NCBI GenBank assembly: GCA_045586995.1
Contig: JAZNBI010000129.1
Coordinates: forward strand, 1-47,230
From: Eubacteriales bacterium
GTDB lineage: Bacteria > Bacillota > Clostridia > Oscillospirales > CAG-272
Length of the DNA stretch: 47,230 nucleotides
Direction of reading: 5' to 3'
The stretch's first letter is position 1. The number at the start of each line of letters is the position of its first letter. Both the position numbers and the translations under genes were made by a program. Below the pieces are notes generated by a model that saw nothing but the letters and a program-made list of their open reading frames with translations, had not been told where the DNA came from and searched no databases. Positions 9,501-17,601 of the stretch are shown one piece after another.

Positions 9501-10934
9501 GGCGATAAATCTCCCGATATTGACTTGAATTTTTCAGGAGATATTCAAGGCAGAATTCATAAATACACTGAGGAGCTTTTTGGAGCAGAAAACGTATTCA
9601 GAGCAGGAACACTCGGAACGCTTGCCGATAAAACCGCATACGGCTTTGTGGCAAAATATCTCGAGGGTAAAGGGGTACGTGTCAATCGCGCCGAAGCAAA
9701 CCGTCTTGTATTGGGGTGTGTAGGCGTTAAGCGCACAACGGGACAGCATCCGGGCGGAATTATTGTTGTCCCGAAGGAATATGAGATATACGATTTTTCG
9801 CCTGTTCAGCATCCCGCTGATGACCCCAAATCGGATATTATAACTACTCACTTTGCATTCTCTTATCTTCATGACACCATATTGAAGCTTGATGAGCTTG
9901 GGCACGATGTTCCCACAAAATATAAGCTTCTTGAAAAGTACAGTAATACAAGCGTTCTTGATGTTCCTATGAATGATAAAAATGTTTACGAATTGTTTTT
10001 ATCTACCAAGCCGCTTGGTGTTTCTTCAAAAGACATTGAATCCGCCGTTGGCACGTTAGGACTGCCCGAAATGGGCACCCATTTCATACAAGGTGTTCTC
10101 GTGGATGCAAAGCCGAAAAATTTTGCCGACCTTTTGCAGATTTCGGGTCTTACACACGGTACAAACGTGTGGCTTGGAAACGCTAAGGACTTAATTACCG
10201 AAGGAATATGCGACATTTCTCGAGTTATCGGAACTCGCGACGGTATTATGCTTGACCTTATTCGTTACGGACTTGATAACAGTACTGCCTTCTCTATAAT
10301 GGAAAAGGTGCGTAAAGGTAAAGGATTAACCCCCGAATGGGAAGCCGATATGCGAGCACACGGAGTACCCGAATGGTATATCACTTCTTGTAAAAAAATC
10401 AAATATATGTTTCCCAAGGCGCACGCAGCTGCATATGTAATGTCGGCAATCCGTCTTGGATGGTATAAGATATATCATCCGGTAGCGTTTTATTGCGCAA
10501 TGTTTACCGCCAATGTCGCTAATTTTGACGCAGAAATCGTTATGCAGGGAAGGAATCACGTTTTTAAGACATTTAAGGATATTGAAGCCAGGAGTAAAGA
10601 AGCATCTCAAAAAGAGTTGGCTACTCTACCCGTTCTTTTACTTGCAAATGAATGTATGGCAAGGGGTATTAAATTTTTGCCGATAGATATAAATATGTCC
10701 GAAGCATCTGCCTTTGTCCCCGAAAACGGTGCTATAAGAATGCCTTTTTATGCACTCAACGGAATTGGCGAAAATGCTGCCGCAAATATTATATCCGCTA
10801 GGAATGAGGAGCGTTTTTTCTCAATAGAAGATTTACAAATTCGAGCAAGTCTTTCTAAAACCGTTATTGAACTTATGAAACGTTGCGGAGTTCTTGACGG
10901 ATTACAGGAAACCGACCAATTGACACTTTTTTAA
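6537..10934 (+). CDS. polC: DNA polymerase III PolC-type alpha subunit
   Basis: 1465 aa with a PHP domain (HLHTNMS), 3'-5' exonuclease motifs (FDIETTG, HNANFD, HRASDDA) and a CPNC...CPKC zinc finger. Its start overlaps the ispG stop by 4 nt (ATGA). Confidence 0.97.
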   Translation: MRLLEKLARYEADELSERILNSITDYSLRVNSEKRVMEIIASFPKLIEKSALYKIEEQIRDAYGIAHVKILPKYSPKLFSYEYFPQILTEAERVGIVARGFFNKYKYDIDNNSITISIPFSESGIKFLEYANTPNVIERILLSEFDKEFKVKIVDAGENEIENSVYKKELERIDSQIVESYKSYISQSGSENAYRAKHDAQAPNDDEPSLIKVSSLSNNEISLETEDGICKIGHLCFDISNPKFIYDNSFEIRPVAISSVDKETKNLSIIGEVFGFSKDEGRVEGKFNISFSVFDGSSSVEVKKGSVGEEECGIICESIKNGVCVALKGYTKHLERRGVVDDDLTFFPQNIAVISKINKTDDADEKRIELHLHTNMSAMDALIRPDEIVYTAKAFGHPAVAITDHANVQAFPEAMIASEKCGMKVIYGMEAYFVNNTATALTGKYTGKFEDEAIVFDIETTGLSVSSCQIIEIGAVRIKNGEVVEVFDSFVNPHVPIPSEITQLTSITNDMVKDAPSIDIVLADFFKFIGNNLLIAHNANFDIGFIRHAAKENSMPFDNPYLDTLALSRFINPDLKTHKLDVLAKHYKLGDFNHHRASDDAEMLAHIYFSMTEAMLKMDISDFVTLNSEMLSNSDPSKLKSFHQIILVKNQLGLKNLYKLISFSYLKYFHRHPRIPKTELEKHREGLIIGSACEAGELFQAILEGRPDSEIENIVNFYDYLEIQPLSNNRFMIEDGRLANDEQLKDINRKIVELGKKYNKPVVATCDAHFMNDEDEIYRKILLTGMKFKDAEKDTHLYFRTTKEMLKEFDYLGEETAREVVIVNPNKINDMIDVIRPIPKGSFTPNLEGAEEELQSMCWERAHSIYGDDLPQIVHARLKKELDSIVKHGFSVLYMIAEKLVKFSEGLGYLVGSRGSVGSSFVATMAGISEVNPLPPHYYCPNCRYSEFITDGSVGSGFDLPDKHCPKCNTMLKADGHDIPFETFLGFHGDKSPDIDLNFSGDIQGRIHKYTEELFGAENVFRAGTLGTLADKTAYGFVAKYLEGKGVRVNRAEANRLVLGCVGVKRTTGQHPGGIIVVPKEYEIYDFSPVQHPADDPKSDIITTHFAFSYLHDTILKLDELGHDVPTKYKLLEKYSNTSVLDVPMNDKNVYELFLSTKPLGVSSKDIESAVGTLGLPEMGTHFIQGVLVDAKPKNFADLLQISGLTHGTNVWLGNAKDLITEGICDISRVIGTRDGIMLDLIRYGLDNSTAFSIMEKVRKGKGLTPEWEADMRAHGVPEWYITSCKKIKYMFPKAHAAAYVMSAIRLGWYKIYHPVAFYCAMFTANVANFDAEIVMQGRNHVFKTFKDIEARSKEASQKELATLPVLLLANECMARGIKFLPIDINMSEASAFVPENGAIRMPFYALNGIGENAAANIISARNEERFFSIEDLQIRASLSKTVIELMKRCGVLDGLQETDQLTLF

Positions 10935-10951
10935 TAAAATTTTGTAGAAAC

Positions 10952-10991
10952 AAAAGAAATATGCGGTGATTTTTCACCGCATATTTCTTTT
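10952..10991. terminator. Bidirectional intrinsic terminator between polC and the convergent methyltransferase gene
   Basis: Perfect 17-bp stem AAAGAAATATGCGGTGA / TCACCGCATATTTCTTT with a TTTT loop, flanked by A/T runs on both sides. Confidence 0.85.
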
Positions 10992-11766
10992 ATTTTAATT
11001 TGTTTTGTCGCATAATTTCGAATGCAATAACCGATAGCGCAGATGCGGAGGGAAGTGACCCCGAAAAATCTCTGCCATAATCTATACGCACTACCAGATC
11101 AGCAAGCGTTAACAACGAGCGCGAAATACCTCTTTTTTCGCCGCCTACTATCATAAAAATCGGTTTTTTTAAATTAGCATCATAAATAGAGATGGAATCT
11201 CTTATTCCGGCGCAAACGATTTTATAATTCATGGATTTAAACATATCAACGGCATCGATAGGCTCAGAAATATATATATCCAAAAGCTCTGAAACGCCCG
11301 CAGAGGAACGAGCCACAGCTCCTGCGGCATTCATCCAATTCCTTGGAGAAAGTATCACGGCATCAGCTCCTGCGGCGTATGCGGAACGCAGGGAATATCC
11401 AAAATTATAAGGATCCTCAATGCCCTCTATGTATATATATAACCCATCGGGTATTATATTATCATTATTGAGAACGGTATGCTTTCTCGGGGTGCAAAGT
11501 GCAATAATTCCACCGTGAGAACTTCCGCTTGTCTTAGAATCAATAAATTCTTTGGGAACAGGGGTCAGAATAAATCCCATTTGTTGAGATTTATGCTTTA
11601 AAAAGCAGAGCTCTGCGTGTTTGGATCTTGTTTTGCTTTCGTCAAAAAACACCTCTAATATGCGACGGTTGCTTTTCTTTAACTCAATAGATTTTATAAC
11701 GGCAGATATAGAAGTCATTCCTTCAAAAATAACATTTTCGCATTGTCCTGAAGATTTATCGGTCAT
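10990..11766 (-). CDS. SpoU/TrmH-family RNA 2'-O-methyltransferase
   Basis: C-terminal SpoU methylase motifs (IEGIEDPYNFG, MIVGGEKRGIS, SLPSASALSVIAFE). The substrate cannot be assigned from sequence alone. Confidence 0.8.
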   Translation of the reverse strand: MTDKSSGQCENVIFEGMTSISAVIKSIELKKSNRRILEVFFDESKTRSKHAELCFLKHKSQQMGFILTPVPKEFIDSKTSGSSHGGIIALCTPRKHTVLNNDNIIPDGLYIYIEGIEDPYNFGYSLRSAYAAGADAVILSPRNWMNAAGAVARSSAGVSELLDIYISEPIDAVDMFKSMNYKIVCAGIRDSISIYDANLKKPIFMIVGGEKRGISRSLLTLADLVVRIDYGRDFSGSLPSASALSVIAFEIMRQNKLK

Positions 11767-11832
11767 ATATAAACACCATCGCTTTCAAATTTAAAGATTA
11801 CAGTATTTTATAGAGAGAATTGTAACTTTAGT

Positions 11833-11861
11833 TAATATTTTTATATTTAACATCATAGAAT
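11833..11861 (+). promoter_or_regulatory. Sigma-E type (mother-cell) promoter candidate for spoIIID
   Basis: TAATATT (11833-11839), an exactly 14-nt spacer, then CATAGAAT (11854-11861). Against the Bacillus sigma-E consensus (T/G)(A/C)ATA(A/T)(A/T)-14-CATACA(A/C)T this scores 7/7 and 7/8. Confidence 0.6.
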
Positions 11862-11910
11862 ATACCAAACAGAATTGTATAAAATCATTTTTTTGAAATG
11901 GGGAATTTTT

Positions 11911-12180
11911 ATGATGTATATATCGTCTAATAAAGAAAGATGCGTTATCCTGGCAACTCATTTGATTGAGAACAATTCAACTGTGCGCGCGGTTGCGGCT
12001 AAATTTTCAATAAGTAAAAGTACCGTACATAAAGATATAACGCAAAATTTAAAAAAAATAAACAAGCCATTATATGAAGAAGTAAAAAAAATTCTTGAAA
12101 AAAACAAATCAGAACGCCACTTAAGAGGTGGCGAGGCAACTCGCAAAAAATATTTAGTTGACTCTGAGAAAGCAACATGA
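11911..12180 (+). CDS. spoIIID: Sporulation transcriptional regulator SpoIIID
   Basis: STVRAVAAKFSISKSTVHKDIT helix-turn-helix and SERHLRGGEATRKKY closely match the B. subtilis SpoIIID layout. The start is taken at ATG 11911 (or 11914); the track's TTG at 11875 looks like an over-extension. Confidence 0.9.
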   Translation: MMYISSNKERCVILATHLIENNSTVRAVAAKFSISKSTVHKDITQNLKKINKPLYEEVKKILEKNKSERHLRGGEATRKKYLVDSEKAT

Positions 12181-12468
12181 CCGCCTCTTAATGCTTTTTT
12201 ACATATCAACGATATAAAAGGGATGATATTACACCGTTGCTTTAATATTTATCGAATTATACAAAATGCAAATTTTGTATAATATAGGGAAGTAAAAAGC
12301 ACAAAAATAGCTGTTTAAGCCAGTCACACCGATAAAAATTATAAAAAAACTCCATCAAAGCTATTTAAATGTAAATTTTTTATATTTTATAAAAAATAAA
12401 TCAAATTATATGTTATAATTAATTATCGGTTGTGTTTTATCAAATTATTATTTTGGAGGACTTTTAAA

Positions 12469-12891
12469 ATGGCAATCAAGATGAGAGTACTTTATCTTTC
12501 TAACAAAGGAAAAATTGTTTCAGCTGCAAATTATATTAAAGAAGCTATGGGGTTAGACCCTAACCGTATTGACACTATCCCCCCTGCGTATTCCTGTGAT
12601 AAGGAGCGCTTAGTTGTGCTTTGCCTTTCATTAAACGGCGATCCGAGTGATAAACTCAGACTTTTTTGCCGCGAATTGACGACTCAGCGCGCTCAGAATG
12701 TTGCGCTTGTTATTGACGGCAAAGAGGCGGATGCTGCAAAAATCATCTCTGTACTTAAAGAAGCCGGTACAAATGTATTAAGCAACGTGCTTTATATAAA
12801 TGGTGGAATTCCATTCTTAAAAAAGCTTTCGGATGCTGAGAAAGCTTCTATCTCATCCTGGATGAATAACGTTGTGGACAACATTGGATAA
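12469..12891 (+). CDS. Hypothetical protein (small alpha/beta protein, possibly flavodoxin-like fold without a canonical FMN loop)
   Basis: ORF with a GGAGG Shine-Dalgarno 9 nt upstream of ATG 12469. An extended -10 (TGTTATAAT, 12411-12419) lies upstream. No diagnostic motif recognised. Confidence 0.55.
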   Translation: MAIKMRVLYLSNKGKIVSAANYIKEAMGLDPNRIDTIPPAYSCDKERLVVLCLSLNGDPSDKLRLFCRELTTQRAQNVALVIDGKEADAAKIISVLKEAGTNVLSNVLYINGGIPFLKKLSDAEKASISSWMNNVVDNIG

Positions 12892-12906
12892 ATTTTCCAA
12901 ATTCAT

Positions 12907-12950
12907 AAATAAGCATAATCAGCGTATTTTAGCGTTGATTATGCTTATTT
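12907..12950. terminator. Bidirectional terminator between convergent genes
   Basis: AAATAAGCATAATCA (12907-12921) pairs with TGATTATGCTTATTT (12936-12950). A/T-rich runs flank both sides. Confidence 0.75.
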
Positions 12951-12962
12951 ATTTATCGAAAA

Positions 12963-13643
12963 TCAATAATTTATAGTAAGCACATTATCAATGAGAGCAT
13001 TTCCGGAGAGATCGCTTATAACAAAATATTGCAACCGTATACAATCGCTTCCCATATCGTTTCTGAGCGTACCGTTGTTATGCCTTATCATATATTCTAC
13101 CGAATATTCATATTTTCTATATTCAAATCCATTATCGTCAGTGGCGGTATACTCAGCCATTTTTGTTAACTGAATATTATAAATTTTTTGCATTGTGAAA
13201 GGAGTCTGTTTTTCGTGATTCTCAAAATATTCATCACTAAAGCAGCCGTTATATCCATCAATATCCCCCTGTATCGCAAAACTGATATACCTATATAAAA
13301 GCTTAAGATCTTCGGAAAACAGCTCATATTCTTCATCGTTTATTGTGGTGGAAATTCTGGTAGAATTGTCGATGTATGTAATGCCTCCGTAGCTTGTAAA
13401 AAGATCAATATATTGAGTGTCCTCAAAAATATTTTCTTCAAAATCGGGCATATAAAAATCAAAGTCATTATTGTTGCTCTGTGATGCGTTTATCAAATTA
13501 TATATGTGAATTGATGCGTAATATACTAATATAAAAGCCAACATAGAAAGAAAAACTATTAAAATATATTTTTTACTTTTTTTCTTTTGTGCTTCTATTT
13601 CCGTATGATTGCTTTTTTTATCGCACTTTTCAAAATTCTTCAT
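12963..13643 (-). CDS. Hypothetical single-pass membrane protein
   Basis: Lys-rich N-terminus, one TM helix (YILIVFLSMLAFILVYYASIHIY), then an acidic, Tyr-rich extracytoplasmic domain. No recognisable family. Confidence 0.6.
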   Translation of the reverse strand: MKNFEKCDKKSNHTEIEAQKKKSKKYILIVFLSMLAFILVYYASIHIYNLINASQSNNNDFDFYMPDFEENIFEDTQYIDLFTSYGGITYIDNSTRISTTINDEEYELFSEDLKLLYRYISFAIQGDIDGYNGCFSDEYFENHEKQTPFTMQKIYNIQLTKMAEYTATDDNGFEYRKYEYSVEYMIRHNNGTLRNDMGSDCIRLQYFVISDLSGNALIDNVLTINY

Positions 13644-13767
13644 TCTGCGTGTCCCTCATTCGTTTTATATGTTTATTTTATCATAAATTTATAATGAAAT
13701 CAACACTCTTAACATAATTATAAAAATTTATTTCTTATTTTTATATTATTTTTATATCACTTTATTA

Positions 13768-13796
13768 TTGAATATAAATCGGTATTATGATATAAT
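13768..13796 (+). promoter_or_regulatory. Sigma-A promoter candidate for the ApgM-family gene
   Basis: TTGAAT (13768-13773), a 17-nt spacer, then TATAAT (13791-13796) with TG at the extended -10 position (TGATATAAT). Confidence 0.55.
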
Positions 13797-13837
13797 AGAT
13801 ATTATTATATATTTTATAAAAAGAATCGAGAGAAATA

Positions 13838-15052
13838 ATGAAATATTTTGTTTTAATACCGGACGGAATGGCAGATGAAAAAATAGCAGAACTCGGATAT
13901 AAAACTCCAATGGAAAAAGCTGCAAAACCGTATATGGATACGTTGGCAAAAAGATCCTTTACCGGTATGGTTTCCAATGTTCCCGTCGGAATGGTTCCCG
14001 AAAGTGACACAGCTAATCTGGCGATTTTATCATATGATCCCACGGTATATTCAAAAGGACGTTCTCCCTTGGAAGCCGTAAGCATGGGTATTGAAATGTC
14101 AAGCGACGATACCGCATACAGATGTAACATAGTTACGCTTTCCGAGAGTGAGTCATCATATGACGAAAAGATATTGCTTGACCATAGTGCCGATGAAATT
14201 ACTACTGACGAAGCAGATGTTCTTATCAAGGAAATACAAAAAGAATTCGGAAATGACATCCGACGCTTCTATACCGGAATAAGCTATCGGCATTGTATGA
14301 TCGAAAAAAACGGAAATGATACATATTCTTTTTCAAGGCCACATGATATAATAAACCAATGCATAAAGGATTATCTTCCAAAAAACGATAACGGTGGTGC
14401 TGAATTCTATTGCCTGATGAAAGAAAGCTACAAAATTCTTAACAACCACCCAATAAATGAAGCACGAAGAAGCAGAGGGTTAAAACCCGCAAATTCGATT
14501 TGGTTCTGGAGTCCGGGAAAAAAGCCGTGCCTTCCCGCTTTTAACGATAAATGGGGTGTGAAAAGTGCGGTTATTTCGGCTGTTGACCTTATAAAAGGAA
14601 TTGGAATTTGTGCAGGCATGGAATCGTTTGATGTTGAAGGCGCGACCGGAAATGTATCTACAAATTATATTGGTAAAGCAAATATGGCAATCGAGGCGTT
14701 CAAAAAAGGATATAATTTTGTATATGTTCATGTTGAAGCCCCTGACGAATGCGGTCACAGGAACGAAGTAAACAATAAGATTTTATCAATTGAAAATATT
14801 GACAAAAAAATATTAAAGCCGGTATACGAATACCTCTCATCTCAAGATGAGTCATTTAAAATTATGGTGCTTCCCGACCACCCGACCCCTATTTCAAAAA
14901 GGACTCACACTATTGCACCTGTTCCCTTTTTCATTTATTCCTCTGAATATGATGTGCCCGGCGTTGAAATCTTTTCAGAAGAAAATTGTCAAAAAATCGG
15001 CACATACCTGCCAAATGGATATAATCTGTTAGACAAAATGATTGTAAAATAA
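13838..15052 (+). CDS. Cofactor-independent phosphoglycerate mutase family protein (ApgM type); possible alternative homoserine kinase
   Basis: 404 aa with the N-terminal ILIPDGMAD metal/phosphoserine-region motif, PESDTANL, and C-terminal HVEAPDECGH and LPDHPTP motifs of the alkaline-phosphatase-superfamily ApgM proteins. Confidence 0.8.
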   Translation: MKYFVLIPDGMADEKIAELGYKTPMEKAAKPYMDTLAKRSFTGMVSNVPVGMVPESDTANLAILSYDPTVYSKGRSPLEAVSMGIEMSSDDTAYRCNIVTLSESESSYDEKILLDHSADEITTDEADVLIKEIQKEFGNDIRRFYTGISYRHCMIEKNGNDTYSFSRPHDIINQCIKDYLPKNDNGGAEFYCLMKESYKILNNHPINEARRSRGLKPANSIWFWSPGKKPCLPAFNDKWGVKSAVISAVDLIKGIGICAGMESFDVEGATGNVSTNYIGKANMAIEAFKKGYNFVYVHVEAPDECGHRNEVNNKILSIENIDKKILKPVYEYLSSQDESFKIMVLPDHPTPISKRTHTIAPVPFFIYSSEYDVPGVEIFSEENCQKIGTYLPNGYNLLDKMIVK

Positions 15053-15062
15053 GGAGCATTTT

Positions 15063-15686
15063 ATGAACAATACAAATCACGAAAAGCAAGAATCGATTCT
15101 CCCTCAAAAAGGGTCCATTTTTTCGGTTTCGAATATATTCGATTTTTTTGAAATGTTTGTTTGTTCAATTGCGCTTGTACTTATTTTGTTTAGCTTTGTA
15201 TTTCGGGTTTGCGTGGTTGATGGCGATTCTATGAATCAAACCTTAAAAGACAAAGAAACTATTATAACCTCTGATATTTTATATACTCCGCAAAACGGAG
15301 ATATAGTTGTTTTTCATTTGGTTAACTCTCCTATTGAAGCAATGAACAAACCGCTGGTAAAACGTGTAATAGCGCTTGAAGAACAATATGTAAAGATTGA
15401 TTTTAAACATTCTTGCGTATATGTTTCAAATGACGAGGTGTTTGATAAAGATGAAATAATAGATGAATCGGAGTATCTTTATCTTGATACCGGAATATAT
15501 GACGAATATATGTTTGATCCATATGTTGTACAGGTACCCAAGGGGCATATATTTGTTATGGGGGATAACAGAAACAATTCAGCAGACAGCCGTTTTTCTT
15601 ATGTCGGATGTGTTGACGTACGTATGATTACAGGAAAAGTGATATTTAGAGTTTTACCTGTTACAAGTTTTGGAACGATTAATTGA
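15063..15686 (+). CDS. lepB: Signal peptidase I
   Basis: N-terminal TM helix, catalytic-Ser box GDSMNQTL, VKRVIAL Lys box and GDNRNNSADSR box. Confidence 0.92.
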   Translation: MNNTNHEKQESILPQKGSIFSVSNIFDFFEMFVCSIALVLILFSFVFRVCVVDGDSMNQTLKDKETIITSDILYTPQNGDIVVFHLVNSPIEAMNKPLVKRVIALEEQYVKIDFKHSCVYVSNDEVFDKDEIIDESEYLYLDTGIYDEYMFDPYVVQVPKGHIFVMGDNRNNSADSRFSYVGCVDVRMITGKVIFRVLPVTSFGTIN

Positions 15687-15698
15687 AAGGAAGATACA

Positions 15699-16565
15699 AT
15701 GCCTTCTGAAATAATACAATGGTTTCCCGGTCATATGGCGAAAACTCGTCGTATGATAAAAGAAAACCTAAAAAATGTTAATGTTGTTATTGAAATATTA
15801 GATGCGAGAATTCCCCTTTCATCAAGGAATCCTGAAATCTTCAAGCTGACTGAAGGCAAACCGTTACTGATTTTGCTTAACAAGTGCGATCTCGCAGACC
15901 CTTTGCAAACCGAAAAATGGGTTAAACATTATACCTCCGATAATTCGTTTTGCCTGCCGATAGATTGTATCAGCGGAAGCGGAATCAATAAAATTATGCC
16001 CGCAATCGAAACTCTTATGTCAGATAAGATAAAATCCTATGAAAGTAAAGGCATGTCAGGCAGAAAACTTAAGGCGATGGTGCTCGGGATTCCAAACGTT
16101 GGGAAATCATCATTAATCAATAAACTGTCGGGCACCAAGAAAACGAAGGTTGAAAACCGCCCCGGAGTCACTCTCGACAAACAATGGGTTCCCGCAAAAG
16201 AAAACCTGATGCTTCTTGATATGCCCGGTGTGCTTTGGCCTAAATTTGATGACAAAATCGTCGGAGAAAATCTTGCAAGCACCGGTGCTATAAAGGACAC
16301 TATTCTTGATATTGAGAATGTTGCGGCTGTTCTCTGCCGACGTCTGAGAGAAAATTATAGGGATTTGTTATATTCAAGATACAAGATACTTGACACTGAC
16401 GATGCCGATGATTTGAGCGATTATGAATTACTGCTTTTGATAGGAAAAAAACGCGGCTTTTTGATTTCCGGCGGAGAAATAAATGTTGAGAGAACCGCGA
16501 ATATGCTTCTTGACGAATTTCGCTCATCAAAAATCGGAAAAATTACACTTGATATTATAAAATAA
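15699..16565 (+). CDS. rbgA: Ribosome biogenesis GTPase A (YlqF/RbgA)
   Basis: QWFPGHMAK start and circularly permuted GTPase motifs (LNKCDL, then GIPNVGKSSLIN). Conserved lepB-ylqF-rnhB neighbourhood. Confidence 0.93.
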   Translation: MPSEIIQWFPGHMAKTRRMIKENLKNVNVVIEILDARIPLSSRNPEIFKLTEGKPLLILLNKCDLADPLQTEKWVKHYTSDNSFCLPIDCISGSGINKIMPAIETLMSDKIKSYESKGMSGRKLKAMVLGIPNVGKSSLINKLSGTKKTKVENRPGVTLDKQWVPAKENLMLLDMPGVLWPKFDDKIVGENLASTGAIKDTILDIENVAAVLCRRLRENYRDLLYSRYKILDTDDADDLSDYELLLLIGKKRGFLISGGEINVERTANMLLDEFRSSKIGKITLDIIK

Positions 16566-16580
16566 AGGGTGGCTAAGACA

Positions 16581-17198
16581 ATGCTTGAATATTGTATTGA
16601 ACATGAGCTTTTCGAAAAAGGATATAAATACATTTGCGGTGTCGACGAGGCGGGGCGTGGACCGCTCTGCGGCCCTGTTGCCGCTGCGGCGTGTATTCTT
16701 CCGCTCGGCATCGTTATTGATGGCTTAAACGACTCAAAAAAGCTCTCTGCATCCAAGAGAGATATGATTTTTGAAGAAATAAAGCGCAATGCCATAGCAT
16801 ATTCGGTAGCTCTTGCTTCTGTAGAAGAAATTAATTCTATGAATATTCTTGAAGCTACATTGTTAGCAATGAGAAGAGCTGTTGACGGTCTTACTCAAAA
16901 GCCGGACTATCTTCTTATTGACGGTAATATTTCAAGAGGATTTTCAATCCCCTGCTCTACTGTCGTGCACGGCGACGCAATTTCTCCAAGTATTGCGGCG
17001 GCATCGATTTTAGCAAAGGTAACACGTGACCGCATATGTATGGATTTAGATAAAGAATATCCGGAATACGGCATATCAAAGCATAAGGGGTACGGCACTA
17101 AAGACCATATGGAAGCTCTAAAAAAGTATGGTCCCACCCCCATACACAGAACAAAATTTATAAGATTTTTAAATGATGAACATAATTACGTCGGTTGA
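16581..17198 (+). CDS. rnhB: Ribonuclease HII
   Basis: GVDEAGRGPLCGPV catalytic motif. ATG 16581 lies 8 nt after an AAGGGTGG Shine-Dalgarno; the track's GTG 16569 sits inside that Shine-Dalgarno. Confidence 0.93.
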   Translation: MLEYCIEHELFEKGYKYICGVDEAGRGPLCGPVAAAACILPLGIVIDGLNDSKKLSASKRDMIFEEIKRNAIAYSVALASVEEINSMNILEATLLAMRRAVDGLTQKPDYLLIDGNISRGFSIPCSTVVHGDAISPSIAAASILAKVTRDRICMDLDKEYPEYGISKHKGYGTKDHMEALKKYGPTPIHRTKFIRFLNDEHNYVG

Positions 17199-17571
17199 TA
17201 TCGGCCGTTTCGGAGAAAATTCCGCCGCTGATTTTTTAAAGAAAAAAGGATATAAGATAGTTAATAAAAATTATCATTCTTCGCATAACGAGCTTGATAT
17301 AATTGCAGAAAACAAGATGTATATTGCTTTTGTAGAGGTAAAAACTCGAACGATTTCAAATGACGGCACTCTTAATTTTGGATCGCCCGCTTCATATGTG
17401 GATAGGCGCAAGCAAGCCAGAACTATTTCCGCCGCTCGTAATTATCTCGTTCAGCACCCTACCGATAAGCAGCCGCGTATGGATGTTATTGAGGTTTATC
17501 TCAAAAAAATCGGTTTAAAAAACTATAAAATCTACGATATTCAACATATAGAAAATGCATATTGGGCATAA
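17173..17571 (+). CDS. YraN-family endonuclease-like protein (UPF0102)
   Basis: GE..A..FL...GY.I...N......ELDIIA......FVEVKTR pattern typical of UPF0102. Overlaps the rnhB 3' end by 26 nt. Confidence 0.85.
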   Translation: MMNIITSVDIGRFGENSAADFLKKKGYKIVNKNYHSSHNELDIIAENKMYIAFVEVKTRTISNDGTLNFGSPASYVDRRKQARTISAARNYLVQHPTDKQPRMDVIEVYLKKIGLKNYKIYDIQHIENAYWA

Positions 17572-17601
17572 TCTTACACTATAGAAAAGGTATACTATCT
17601 T

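Noticed and set aside
13765-14259. 164-aa minus-strand ORF overlapping the start of the ApgM-family gene
   Set aside because: It is antisense to a motif-supported gene, its translation is Ser/Ile-rich and low-complexity, and it runs through the promoter region.
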